The notes under the pieces were generated by a model that ran no database searches, was not told the origin of the DNA, and saw only the letters and a list, made by a program, of their open reading frames with translations. Position numbers and translations under genes: made by a program. DNA of 64,000 nt from Mobula hypostoma (lineage: Eukaryota), in NCBI RefSeq assembly GCF_963921235.1, contig NC_086097.1, positions 146,570,001 to 146,634,000 of the forward strand. Direction: 5' to 3'. Shown one piece after another: positions 12,950-25,099 of the stretch. Numbering within the stretch: the first letter of the stretch is position 1; every line of letters begins with the position of its first letter.

Positions 12950-14620
12950 CATGGAATAAATTATGGGGAGAAGACAATAATGTGCTGATACGATATATGG
13001 AACATTGAAAGTTATTGCCTATACCCATGTGGTTCAGGAAAGATATTATTGAGAAGACGATGGCAATGTTGCTTAGGGAGAGAAGGTATCCAGAAAAAGT
13101 GAAGGACAGACTTTGTTTAGTTAGAGTTAACTAGGTGCTATAATGGCACTGATTCTGTGGACCATTATTCAGTAGAAAAGACATAGGTGAACATACTTGT
13201 GGGCAAATCTCAGAAATGTACAAAACAACAGTGATAATAACGGGGAATATAAATGATCCTAGTACCGATTTGGACATGAATAGCACAGGAGTAGAATTTC
13301 TGAACTGTATTCTGAAGAACTTTCTGAATCAATAGGTTCTGGTCCTGGCAGTATCACAAGTTGTAAATGAATTATGGAAAAGGATTAGCAACAAGTCATA
13401 TGAAAGTTAGGGGTGGCTACAACCAGTGGATGAACCTGTTCCAGATGAATTAATCAAAGATTGCCAGGCAAAACTGAAATTATACAAGGGATGGCTTTAA
13501 AAACTGTTGTGGCTTTAAAGCAGTATATGCATTCCCTCCAGTGGAAATGGTAAGACAACCAAAGCCAGAGTTCCCTATATGATGAAAGAAGTAGAGCTCC
13601 AGAGTGTATGTTAGGTTGTCAGTATAAATGAGAAGCTTGAGTGTAGAAAACTAAGAAGGAACTGAGAAAGGAAATGTGCAAAGAGAGAATATGCAGCTAG
13701 ACTTCCAGTTAATAAAAAGGGAACCTAAACGTCTTCCATAGGTATGTAAATAATTAATTAGAGTTGGGGAGAGGATATTAGCAGCTAAATTGAAGGTATG
13801 CCGATGATTGCAGAGGGCCTGCTGAGCTATTAAAGGAATATGCATGCATGTTTTCACCAAGAAAAACCCTGTTGTCTTGGTCAAATAAGAAAGATTCTAG
13901 TCTTGTGCGACAGGCTCCAAAATACAGGAAAGGTAGCAGAAGGACTGACAAAACTTAAAATAGATTAAGTCAAGGCCTAGGAGGTGATGCATGATTCATT
14001 CTAGTTTGTTAAGGGACAAAATGTGCAGACAGAGAACATAATCTGGTTATCTTTAGGGTAAAAAAGGACAAGTGTTGTAGACGTCACACAATTATTGGAT
14101 AAAGGAATTTTTTTTTAAAAAAAGCACGTACATTTAAATCAGTTACTTCAACCTTGAAGGGGTTAGATTAATTAGTGGAAACCAACACATATTTTAGAAG
14201 GATTGTCATGTTTAACACATTTGAATAGGTCTTTCATTGAGAGAACACAGATCGTTATTAAGTAGTAAATGGTGTGTGAGGTTTTAATAAGGCACAATAA
14301 ATAATTAATAAGCCTTATTATTAATAAAGTCATAACCATGTAGTAAACAGGAGTATGACAGCATACTGTTTTAGCTGTTAAGACAGTTGTGACAGATAGG
14401 GTTGTTTCCTGGACTGGAACAAGGTGGAAAGTATTGTTACTCAGAAATGAGGGAAGGGTTTATTGCTTTTCCTGACATTTCTGTGGATTTAAATATACAG
14501 GGAACGTTCAGAATTGTAGAGAGTGCAAAATGTGTAAGTTAGTGAGAGGCGAGAAGGATAATGATATATCTCAAAAGGACATAAGACTAACTGGGAAAAT
14601 GGTTGGACATGTGGCAACGA
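12950..14620 (+). mobile_element. Very old CR1 LINE remnant
   Basis: Patchy CR1-like segments (gaatttctgaactgtattctgaagaactttctgaatca; aaggattgtcatgtttaacacatttgaa; tggttggacatgtggcaa). Confidence 0.55.
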
Positions 14621-14624
14621 TAAT

Positions 14625-15770
14625 TAGAAACATAGAGAACCTACAGCACCATACAGGCCTTTCAGCCCACAATGCTGTGCTGAACATGTACTTACTTTAG
14701 AAATTACCTAGGATTACCCATAGCCCTCTATTTTTCTAAGCTCCATGTACCTATCCAGGAGTGTCTTAAAAGGTCCTATTGTATCTACCTCCACCACTGT
14801 CACCAGCAGCCCATTCCACGCACTCACCACTCTCTGCATAAAAAACTTAGCCCTGACATCCCCTCTGTACCTAATTGCAAGCACCTTAAAGGTGTGCCCT
14901 CTCATGTTAGCCATTTCAGCCCTGGGAAAAAAACCTCTGACTATCCACATGATCAATTCCTCTCATAATCTTATACACCTCTTTATCATGTCACCTCTCA
15001 ACCTCTAGCGCTCGAAGGAGAAAAGCCAAGTTCACTCAACCTGTTCTCATAAGGCATGCTCCCCAATCCAGGCAATATCCTTGTAAATCTCCTCTACACC
15101 CTTTCTATAGTTTCCACACCCTTCCTGTAGTGAAGTGACCAGAACTAAGCACGGTACTCCGTGGGGTCTGACCACGGTCCTATATAGCTGTAACATTACC
15201 TCTCGGCTCTTGAACTCAATCCCACATGTGATGAAGGCCAATGCACCATATGATGCCTTAACCACAGAGTCAACCTGCACAGGAGCTTTGCATGTCCTAT
15301 GGACTCGGACCCCAAGATCCCTCTGATCCTCCACACTGCCAAGAGTCTTACCATTAATACTATATTCTGCCATCATATTTGACCTACCAAGATGAACCAC
15401 CTCACACTTATCTGGGTGGAACTCCATCTGCCACTTCTCAGCCCAGTTTTGCAACCTATCGATGTCCCATTGTAACCTCTGATAGCGCTCCACACTATCT
15501 ATCCGCAACACCCCCAGCCTTTGTGTTACCAGCAAATTGAGTAACTCATCCCGCCACTTCCTCATCCAGGTCATTTATAAATTGATGAAGAGAAGACATC
15601 CCAGAACAGAACCCTGAGGTACACCACTAGTCACCACCCTCAATGCAGAATATGACGCATCTACACCCACTCTTTGCCTGCTGTGGGCAAGCCAATCCTG
15701 GATCCACAAAGCAAGGTCCCCTTGGATCCCATGCCTCCTAACTTTCTCAATAAGCGTTGCATGGGGTACG
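14625..15770 (-). mobile_element. CR1 LINE 3' portion
   Basis: - strand ORFs QRLQWDIDRLQNWAEKWQMEFHPDKCEVVH and FFMQRVVSAWNGL; tail tagaaacatag. Confidence 0.93.
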
Positions 15771-15916
15771 TATGTAATATTGTATTCAATTAAATGTTAA
15801 GGAATCTTGCATGCCAATATCGTTGGGAAATTTCATTGTCTGGTTCTTCGTGCTAAAATTCAATGATTGTCAAGCTGCCCAATGATTGCTAATTTTAATT
15901 TGGTTTTCTCTTTCAG

Positions 15917-16009
15917 ATCACGCTAAACAATCTTATGAAAGAGCAGGAAAAGGTGGAACATACCCACGACAATTTCCATTTTCAAACCACCGCAAAGACT
16001 ACAGTGATG
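15917..16009 (+). CDS. map3k22: map3k22-like coding exon 3: (D)HAKQSYERAGKGGTYPRQFPFSNHRKDYSD
   Basis: ttttctctttcag| acceptor and G|gttagt donor; 93 nt, phase 1-1. Contains the conserved KGGTYPR and KDYSDG motifs of MEKK2/3. Confidence 0.93.
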
Positions 16010-17604
16010 GTTAGTTAAGGAACAGGATTTTTTGAGATTCTAGATGTTTTTGCATTCATATCATGATAGTATATACATTTCTCACCCATGTCCAGATACT
16101 AACGCTAGATAGCTTTAAATTTCTTCTACTAGATTACTTGCCATGGCAGATACTTCCTTGAGCACAGTAACTTAGAACCATCATGATCTACAAAAATATT
16201 TGATCATGTTAATTGACCGTAACCTATAAATGAGGAAGCTGCAGCTTGTTCCATTTAAGGAGATCTTAATTTTGTTGCATTTATTTATGGGTAATTTTCT
16301 GTTGATAGTAGGAACATACATGGGGGAGAAGAAAAATAAATATCTGGCATATTGTTCAAAAGTACCTGGTGGTATTTCAGAAGTTCTGAATTAGAAACAA
16401 AACTTCTCTTACCGTTTTGGGTCATTTGGTTCTTGCTCAATGGAGTTGCAAGGAGACTATAATGTCATCAACACTAGAAATAACAAATTTCCCCTTGCGT
16501 CAGAGTCTAGAAAGTGAGTGTTGGCAGGCTGTCCAAATTTGAACATATCCTGTACCCACCCAGTGATCATATGTGCATTCTTTCCAGTGGGAGTCAACAT
16601 ATAATACTTTAGAATGGGACTTATGTGTCTTTGTTTTCCACCTTTCTGCGTGGAAGGCACTTGCTCACTCTCATTACTCTTTCTAAGATTGTCTTCACAC
16701 AAATGTGCAATTAAACCTTAAGGCTAAAGTGTATAAGGGTCCATGCACTTGACAAGTGAACAGTTGGATCTGTTTTAACATAATAAAATCTGGACAACAC
16801 TCTTCCTCAGCCTCCACTGTATTTTCCACTGCTCAGCATGCTGTGTTTATATGTAGACCTATTTAATTACCAAGGGATCATTTTTCTTAATGAAAGATTG
16901 TCAGATAAGTCCAGGTGTTTGTGAATCTAAAACAAGGCCTGAGGAGTTTTTTGTTCTCCCTTTGGTATTGCATATTGGCAGTATGCTTCATTATAAAAAA
17001 TATTTATCTATTTGGATTAGTGGTTAAACAGGAAGTTATAGTTTCATGTTCTACAACTGTACTTAAGCTCATATTCTTGGTTGATGATTCAATGCATTAA
17101 GGACAAAGAAAGCTATTGTTAGAAATGCCATCATTTTAACTGTTTATATGAATGATTCTATGCTGCTACTGGAACAAGAACAAAGAGTATTAAGCCACAA
17201 AATTCAGCCTTGTATGAAGGTGCAGATTTTTTCAAACTTGGTGTCTGATGAGCGCATTTATTTGAAGCATGCCTAATGCCTTTTAGTAACATGCAAATAT
17301 GGCTGATCATGACATCACTGAGCATGCAATACTAGCCTGAAATCAAACCATTTGGAAGTTAGCACTCCAACTAATGATTTAATTTCACACAGCTGAAAAT
17401 GTGTAAATGTTTGACAGTTCTTATAAAGTTCATTAAAGAAGGATGCAGGCGGTGAAAGGCTTTGTGCGATTTTGAGGCTCCTGCTCAGATCTTTTACTCC
17501 CAGATATGGGAACTGTAGTAGACATTTCCTATGAATTGCAGCACAGCTTACAGAAAGAGCCAAGTATATGCAGAGCATGGCAGTGGAGCAAGAAAAGTAA
17601 GAAT

Positions 17605-17850
17605 GTGCTTTCTTAAGGGTTGGGAAGTTCAAGGGGGATATTAGAGGAAGGTTTTTTACTCAGAGAGTGGTTGGTGTGTGGAATGCACTGCCTGAGTCAG
17701 TGGTGGAGGCAGATACACTAGTGAAGTTTAAGAGACTACTACACAGGTATATGGAGGAATTTAAGGTGGGGGCTTATGTGGGAGGCAGGGTTTGAGGGTG
17801 GGCACAACATTGTGGGCCGAAGGGCCTGTAGTGCTGTACTATTCTATAGT
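17605..17850 (+). mobile_element. CR1 LINE 3' end
   Basis: ttttttactcagagagtggttggtgtgtggaatgcactgcc ... gggccgaagggcctgtagtgctgtactattctat. Confidence 0.85.
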
Positions 17851-18384
17851 CTAAGAATGCATAATAGCTCCAAAGGGAGCTTCAGGTTCTTCTATAAATG
17901 AGTTCCTCGCCTGCTTGATCCATTTTCAGTGGTTATTGGTTGTAAGCAGCAAGTGAATTTGAAGGCATCTTGAAGACTTTTCCAGAAGCAAAGGTTGTGG
18001 CTGAGTTACACATCATCTTATCTATGGTCAATTTTGGAGGCAGTCAAATTTAACTGTATTTTCTCAGCTCTTGAATGCTCTGGGCAGCCCTAGTTTCTCT
18101 CATGATAGACTTCACGTATTTGAGTTGCCTTCCAGATTTGCCTAGATACAGTAACAGTACTTCAAAAGCAATTACTCACTACAATGCACTGTAGAAATTG
18201 TGAGTGTGTGAATGTTTAGAGTCATAGAAAAGTACAGCACAGAAACTGGCCCTTTGGCCCATCCAGTCCATGCTGCACCATTTAAACAGCTGATTCCCAT
18301 GGACTTTTACTGGACCATAGCCTCCATAATCCAACAATCCATGCACCTAAATTCTTGTTTTATTTGTCTTTTTCTTCCCTTCAG

Positions 18385-18576
18385 GGAGAAGGACTTTTCC
18401 ACGAAGCTTCATCCATCAAGAAAATCTTTTCCAACTAGTTCCTTCCATTCGGTCACATAGTACCAATGGGGACAGCATAGGGATTACTTTGCAGTCTGAT
18501 GACAACTGGACCATTCGATGGAGCAGCGAAGATAAAAATTGTTTCAAAATTCATGATAGGCATTTGTCTTCAGCGT
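18385..18576 (+). CDS. map3k22: map3k22-like coding exon 4: (G)RRTFPRSFIHQENLFQLVPSIRSHSTNGDSIGITLQSDDNWTIRWSSEDKNCFKIHDRHLSSA
   Basis: tttcttcccttcag| acceptor and T|gtaagt donor; 192 nt open, phase 1-1. Resembles MAP3K3 [27 protein letters not shown]. Confidence 0.93.
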
Positions 18577-20058
18577 GTAAGTAAATCCATAGCACTTTTC
18601 CCAAGGGTAAACCAGAGCTGAAGTATCATGAGAGTTTTAAAATACGATTAAAAAATTTAAAGAATGGTTCGAATTTCAATGATGACTTTTTAGCTATTTT
18701 CAAGGGTGAAAATCCTCTAATTTTAGTTTGTGCTAGAGCTCACAAAGAAAGTATATTTACAATTTTATGATGCTGTTAAAATCTACAAGCATAGAAATGC
18801 TAACAATGAAAATATTATTGCAGGACCTCACCAATACACACAAAGTGCACGTTGATGGAATAAATCCAGGATATTTTTAGACTACAGTGAAGAGTACATA
18901 GGGCAAAAGTTACTCCAGTTGTTGATAAGTGTAGTATAGTAAATCATAAATTGCTATATAATCTTTCTAGTGCAGATAAAGTATTGAAATCCTTTTGCAT
19001 AGTGCAATACACTAAGGTGAAAGAATTATTTCACTATCAGGTTTTAAATCGTGTGGAGTTGGCTACATGTACGCATTTATGTCAGAGGTTATGCAGAGCA
19101 ATCTTTGACATATCCTGGACAAATATAGTTGTATGCCCATATTTCATAAATCAATCACTCAGCGAAACACAGCTTAAGAAGACAACAGGGTTATCTTTTT
19201 AGCATCGGTTGACGGAGACCAGCTTTAAATAGTTTACTGATACAGAATCCCAGGCTCAGAATTCCTGGTAGGCATACTTTTAGGGATTTTGCTCCTGTCT
19301 TTCATCACCCTCAACCGTTCCACTTAACTGGAGATGTTTTTTGGTCTATGGTTGTGTGATTGATAAAGCCCACCCCGAATGGCCCTGAGCCCCGCCACTT
19401 CTTGGTTGTTTGTCCTTTGCCTCATGTTTTTCAATTTCTTTATGCTCTAAACCTTAGACTGGAGGCCTAATCCTCCTTCGCCCACCAAGCCCTTATCCCC
19501 AGATTGATTTTGAATACAGACCCTCATCACCCTGAGATCATTGCTCCCCTGGTGCTTTACAACACTGCACATTCCTGAGGTGCAGTGCTACCTTGTATTT
19601 ACGGATGTTGAAAATATTTGGCATACTCCCATGTTTTGTTTATTCCAACAATCTAGATATTATATCAATTAACACATTTACATTGGTATGATATTTTGTA
19701 TAAATTCAAATATAAACAAGTAAATCTGGGGCTTTCTTAAAGCAGTCAGCTACTGTATCTTTCCCTTTGTGTAGTTTACAATGACATCATCTTTAAATGT
19801 GAAGAATAACTGCATTTATTTTTAAGCAAAACTCATTTTCTGCAAACGCTAATATTATTGTAAAGGATTCTAAAAGGCATTAGTTCTATTCCAGGATATA
19901 GAGAAGTTACAAATTTATTAATGATGGGGTTATCATTTTAAAAGAGCTGGTCTAATTAAAGCGCACTAGCTTTCCTCTCCAGTCATCATTTGAAAGTTAA
20001 ACAAAAACAGAGATAGGAAATATTACAACTGAAGCTCTTTTGAACTTAATTCCAACAG

Positions 20059-20207
20059 CACCGAGAGCTCCCATCAACTGGAGGCTAGGAAAATTTCTTG
20101 GACGGGGAGCATTTGGAGAAGTTTACCTGTGCTACGATGCTGACACGGGTAGAGAACTAGCAGTCAAGCAAGTGGCTTTTGATGCAGATTGCCAAGAAAC
20201 AAGCAAG
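20059..20207 (+). CDS. map3k22: map3k22-like coding exon 5, kinase N-lobe: (S)[49 protein letters not shown]
   Basis: tccaacag| acceptor and AAG|gtcagt donor; 149 nt. Gly-rich loop GRGAFG and catalytic Lys (AVK). Confidence 0.97.
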
Positions 20208-20251
20208 GTCAGTGATTGAGTCAACTTGCTCGTGTGTCGTGTGATCTAGAT

Positions 20252-21045
20252 CTCACCACAGACCACATCATCCCCTCCTTTCCACTTTCTGCAGGGATCA
20301 CTCTCTCCATAACTGCCAGATCCACTCATCCCTCCCCATCCATTCCCCTCCCTCCCCAGTCCCTTTCACCTATAACCATAGAAGGTGCGACACCTGCCCC
20401 CTCATCACAGTCCAGGACTTGCAACAGCCCATCCAGATGAGACAACTTTCATGTGCCAATACCCTGAACATTATTTATTGTATTTATTGCTTCTATTGTC
20501 TCTTTTATATCTGATACCATTATATCCAAGCACCTTTGCTTTATCCACTATGCCCTTCTGTATCTCTTAGTTGTCGGTCATTTTAATTTTCTTCCCTATT
20601 CCCATACTGACATGTCTGTCCACAGCTTTCTCCACTGCCATTTTGAGGCTCAACACAGACTAAAGAAACAGCATTCTCTGCTTGGGCAATCTGCAGCCTG
20701 ACAGTATGGACATTGAATTTCTTCCACCTCTAGTACCTGTTCTCTTGTCTTCTTTCTATTTTTCTCTCTTCTTAATCTACCTGCCCCCCCCACCATGTCT
20801 CCTTCCCTCCCTCATCCTCTCCATCTATGCATCACTCACACACCTCTTGAACCAGCTCCCCTCCTCACCTCCCTCACTTTATCCTTTCTTTCCTATCAGA
20901 CTCCATCATCTGCAGCCTTTTATCACTTCCATCTATCACCTCCCAGCTTGTGATGCTATTTCCACTCTCCCCTCCCCCATCAACCTGATCCACCTGTCTC
21001 CTTCTGAGCCATGCACCTCCTCTTCCCTCACTTTTCGTACTGAAG
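20252..21045 (+). mobile_element. Old Neptune-type PLE fragment starting about 45 nt after a kinase splice donor
   Basis: Degenerate match to 53090-53900 (GNLQPDSMDIEF; C/T-rich tail). Confidence 0.75.
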
Positions 21046-21292
21046 CTGGGATTGGTTTATTATAGTCACTGGTACCAAAATACAGTGAAAAGTTTGTCTT
21101 GCAAGTTGTTTGTACAGATCAAATCATTACACAGGCACTGAGGCAGAACAAAGTTAAAACAATAACAGAATAAAGTGCAGCAGCAGCTACAGGGAGTGTG
21201 CGCGATCAAAGCAAGGTGAACTGTGAGGTCAGAAATTGATCCTGTAGTGCAAGAGGTTTATTCAGTGGGATAAAAACTGTATGCCCTCAATC

Positions 21293-21440
21293 TTGCAGCA
21301 CACACACATGCTAGAGGAACTCAGCAGGTCCGGTAGCATCTATGGAAATGAATAAACAGTCAACATTTCGGGCCAGGACCCAAATGAAGACGTTCAACTG
21401 TCCACTTTCATGCATAGGTGCTGCCTGACCTACTAGTGCT
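21293..21440. mobile_element. Degenerate fold-back PLE-terminus element
   Basis: gaggaactcagcaggtccggtagcatctatgg ... cataggtgctgcctgacctact in inverted arrangement. Confidence 0.65.
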
Positions 21441-22167
21441 TTGTACATTGATTTAGGTTCTTCTTGGGCTTTGCTGATATTAAGCAAGAATCTGGGGCAA
21501 TCACGGAACATAATTGCACTTATTCCAGGAAATAACTACTGTATGTATGATTAGTAAAGTTTAAGAGATTTTTGTTCATAGATTCTCAATCTACCACTTT
21601 TTAAAGTTTTTTTTTAATTCAGTTTGTGTAAGGTCTCATTAAATATTGAAAGATTTGTTTTTGACTAATCAGTAAAGGAAGAAGAGATGAGCAAGTATAT
21701 TTAGAAGATAGAAGCATATTCACCATTTCAATGTGAAAACACATTATAAGGGAAATTTTTCCAGTGTGCTTGTGCAAGTTATTCTTAGGAATGGGTATGA
21801 GCAATTTGGTCCTTCATTTCCTGAGCAGAGATATCAGTAAGAAGTGGGTTGCAGAATTAATATTAATATGACAAGTATTTTAAAGTTCAGGGTGGTATGT
21901 GGACTCAAGGGAGGATTTCCACAAAAATAAATTACCCAATCAGTGTATGATTTCCACAGTGATCACATATGGTCCCATACACAGGAGATTCTAAGAGGAA
22001 TTTTACTGCTTGCTAAAATTATAACTGATAACCTCTTTTCAAATAGAATAATAAATTAATAGTGTGCAAATGGAAGCTGGGGAATGTGCATGCAATATTA
22101 AATATTGTTAATTCAATTGAAGAGAAGCTTGCTGCTTGACAATTGGTTACTTTTCTTATTGTTGCAG

Positions 22168-22299
22168 GAAGTCAACGCTTTGGAATGTGAAATTCAGTTA
22201 TTAAAGAATCTTCGCCATGATAGGATAGTGCAGTATTATGGGTCACTCCGGGACTCAATGGAAAGAAAGTTGTCAATCTTTGTAGAATATATGCCAGGT
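22168..22299 (+). CDS. map3k22: map3k22-like coding exon 6: [44 protein letters not shown]
   Basis: gttgcag| acceptor and GGT|gtaagt donor; 132 nt, phase 0-0. Encodes the alphaC Glu and the hinge. Confidence 0.97.
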
Positions 22300-23444
22300 G
22301 TAAGTATTGACTACTTGCTTTTAGTTACTCTATTTTCATATGGCAGCATATGTCTTAATCAATTCCTTTCCCCACTGTTTTAACAGGTCCCAGTATTTTC
22401 TAGGACTTCATTGATGTACATTGGGAGCCTTCTCAAACAAGCTTCCATTGGTTTTAATCATACACTCCATGCAGTTACTTTAAAAGAAAGCCCCATAAGT
22501 CACAGTGGCAATGGGCTGCAGACACCTAACAAATCCTCGTGTTCACATTTAGGATGAAGACGTGAAAAACATCAGTCACTAAATATTTGTGTGGAGGGAA
22601 AAGATCCCAAAGAAGGTGCATTCCTTTATGTGAAAGAAATGGTCAGCAGGATATATAATTATTTTAGAGACCACATCATAACCATCATAATCATTGATCC
22701 TGATGATGTTCACTGTCAGACAAGGAGCAATCCTGGTCGATTATTTGCACCTCTGCTTCAATTGATATCAGCTGTTACAGCATAAATGCTAGATGATCCT
22801 TTGCCCTTCCTGTTGTTTGTACTTCAGTCCTAAAATGTGCAATGTATTTAAGTTAGATGAGGCTTTTTTTTCATAGTTCAAAGTAGATTTATTGTTAAAG
22901 TATGTATACTAAATACAACCTTGAGATTCATCTCCTTACAGGCAGCCACAAAACAAAGAAACCCAATAGAACCCATGTTTTAAAAAAGGCCATCAAAACA
23001 TCCACTGTGCAGAAAAAAACAAATCATGCAATCTCAAGAAGTAAGCAAATAACACTCAGAACTGAAGTTCACAAAAGTTCAAGAAGTTCTGCTTTGCCTT
23101 CTAAAGTCTGATCATCTGTTTGATTTGGATCACAGCTGTCAGTGTTACCATTAACCATACACCATACAAAATGTTAGTCAACATTCCCATTCCTCATTAT
23201 CGTGCATTGGAGTGTAGAGTACAGGCAATTAGATGAGAACAAATTCAAAATATTGTTTTATATTCTCCTTCACATATTAAACAGTTCATGAGGATAAAGC
23301 ATGAGGGCACGAAATAGAACACGAGATTCTGTAGATGCTGAAAGTCTTGAGCAAAACATAGGAAGTGCTGGAGGAACTCGGCAAGTCAGGCGACATCTAT
23401 GGGAGGGAATAAACGATCAACGTTCTGAAGCGAGGCCCTTCAGG

Positions 23445-24752
23445 GACAATAGACAGTAGGTGCAGGAGTAGGCCTTTCGGCCCTTCGAGCCAGCATTGCC
23501 ATTCACTGTGATCATGGCGGATCATCCACAATCAGTACCCTGTTCCTGCCTTCTCCCCATATCCCTTGACTCCGCTATCATTAAGAGCTCTATCTAACTC
23601 TTCCTTGAAAGCATCCAGAGAATTGACCTCCACTGCCTTCTGAGGCAGAGCATTCCACAGATCCACAACTCTCTGGTTGAAAAAGTTTTTCCTCAACTCT
23701 GTTCTAAATGGTCTACCCTTTATTCTCAAATTGTGGCCTCTGGTTCTGGACTCCCCCAACATCAGGGACATGTTTCCTGCCTCTAGCGTGTCCAATCCCT
23801 TAATAATCTTATATGTTTCAATCAGATCCCCCCTCAGCCTTCTAAATTCCAGTGTATACAAGCCCAGTCACTCCAATCTTTCAACGTATGACAGTCCCGC
23901 CATCCTGGGAATTAACCTCGTGAACCTCCGCTGCACTCCCTCAATAGCAAGGATGTCCTTCCTCAAATTTGGAGACCAAAACTGTACACAGTACTCCAGG
24001 TGTGGTCTCACCAGGGCCCTGTACAACTGCAGAAGGACCTCTTTGCTCCTAAACTCAACTCCCCTTGTTGTGAAGGCCAACATGCCATTAGCTTTCTTCA
24101 CTGCCTGCTGTACCTGCATGCTTACTTTCAGTGACTGATGAACAAGGACACCTAGATCTCGTTGTGATTCCCCTTTTCCTAACTTGACACCATTCAGATA
24201 GTAATCTGCCTTCCTGTTCTTGCCACCAAAGTGGATAATCTCACGTTTATCCACATTAAGCTGCTTCTGCCATGCATCTGCCCACTCACCCAACCTGTCC
24301 AAGTCATCCTGCATTATCTCAACATCCTCCGCACATTTCACACTGCCACCCAGCTTTGTGTCATCTGCAAACTTGATAATGTTACTTTTAATCCCTTCAT
24401 CTAAATCATTAATGTATATTGTAAATAGCTGCGGTCCCAGCACCGAGCCTTGCGGTGCCCCACTAGTCACCACCTGCCATTCTGAAAGGGACCCGTTAAT
24501 CCCTACTCTTTGTTTCCTATCTGCCAACCAATTTACGATCCGTGTCAGTACCCTACCCCCAATATCATGTGCTCTAATTTTGCCCACTAATCTGCTATGT
24601 GGGACCTTATCAAAGCTTTCTGAAAGTCCAGGTACACTACATCCACTGGCTCTCCCTTGTCCATTTTCATAGTTACATCCTCAAAAAATTCCAGAAGATT
24701 AGTCAAGCATGATTTCTGCCTTGTAAATCCATGCTGACTCGGACCAATCCTG
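23445..24752 (-). mobile_element. Young CR1 LINE, 5'-truncated
   Basis: - strand ORFs with QHGFTRQKSCLTNLLEFFE, GAPQGSVLGP, KFADDTKL and LVRPHLEYCVQFWSP; tail gacaatagac. Confidence 0.96.
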
Positions 24753-25099
24753 ATATGGGGGACACCCCCCATTTTCCACCCCATAGATATGCCTATTGTG
24801 CTGAGTTCCTCCAGTATTCTATATGAATTAGTCAAGGCTCAAAATAGCAAGTGTTGTCTTGCCATAGAATGTACTGAATGTCATTCGCTTTGAAACTAGA
24901 ACCAAGCAAACAATGGGCAACAAAATGGGGAAATTAATACAATTAACTTACACTATGGCTTGTGTTTTAAAAGTCCTATTATAAATGTCGCCGCAAACAC
25001 CAACGAGGAAATTCTGTTGTGTCCTCAAGATTGTTTTTTTTTGCTTATAATGTCCTTATAAGAATGCTGAACCCCCTAGAGCAGGGGGCTCCAAGACTA

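Noticed and set aside
22296..22305. Alternative donor CAG|GTGTAAGT two nt upstream in exon 6
   Set aside because: It would shift the frame; GGT|gtaagt is the better consensus and preserves MPG-GSVK.
23677..24672. 150-aa + strand ORFs
   Set aside because: Antisense frames of the CR1 RT.
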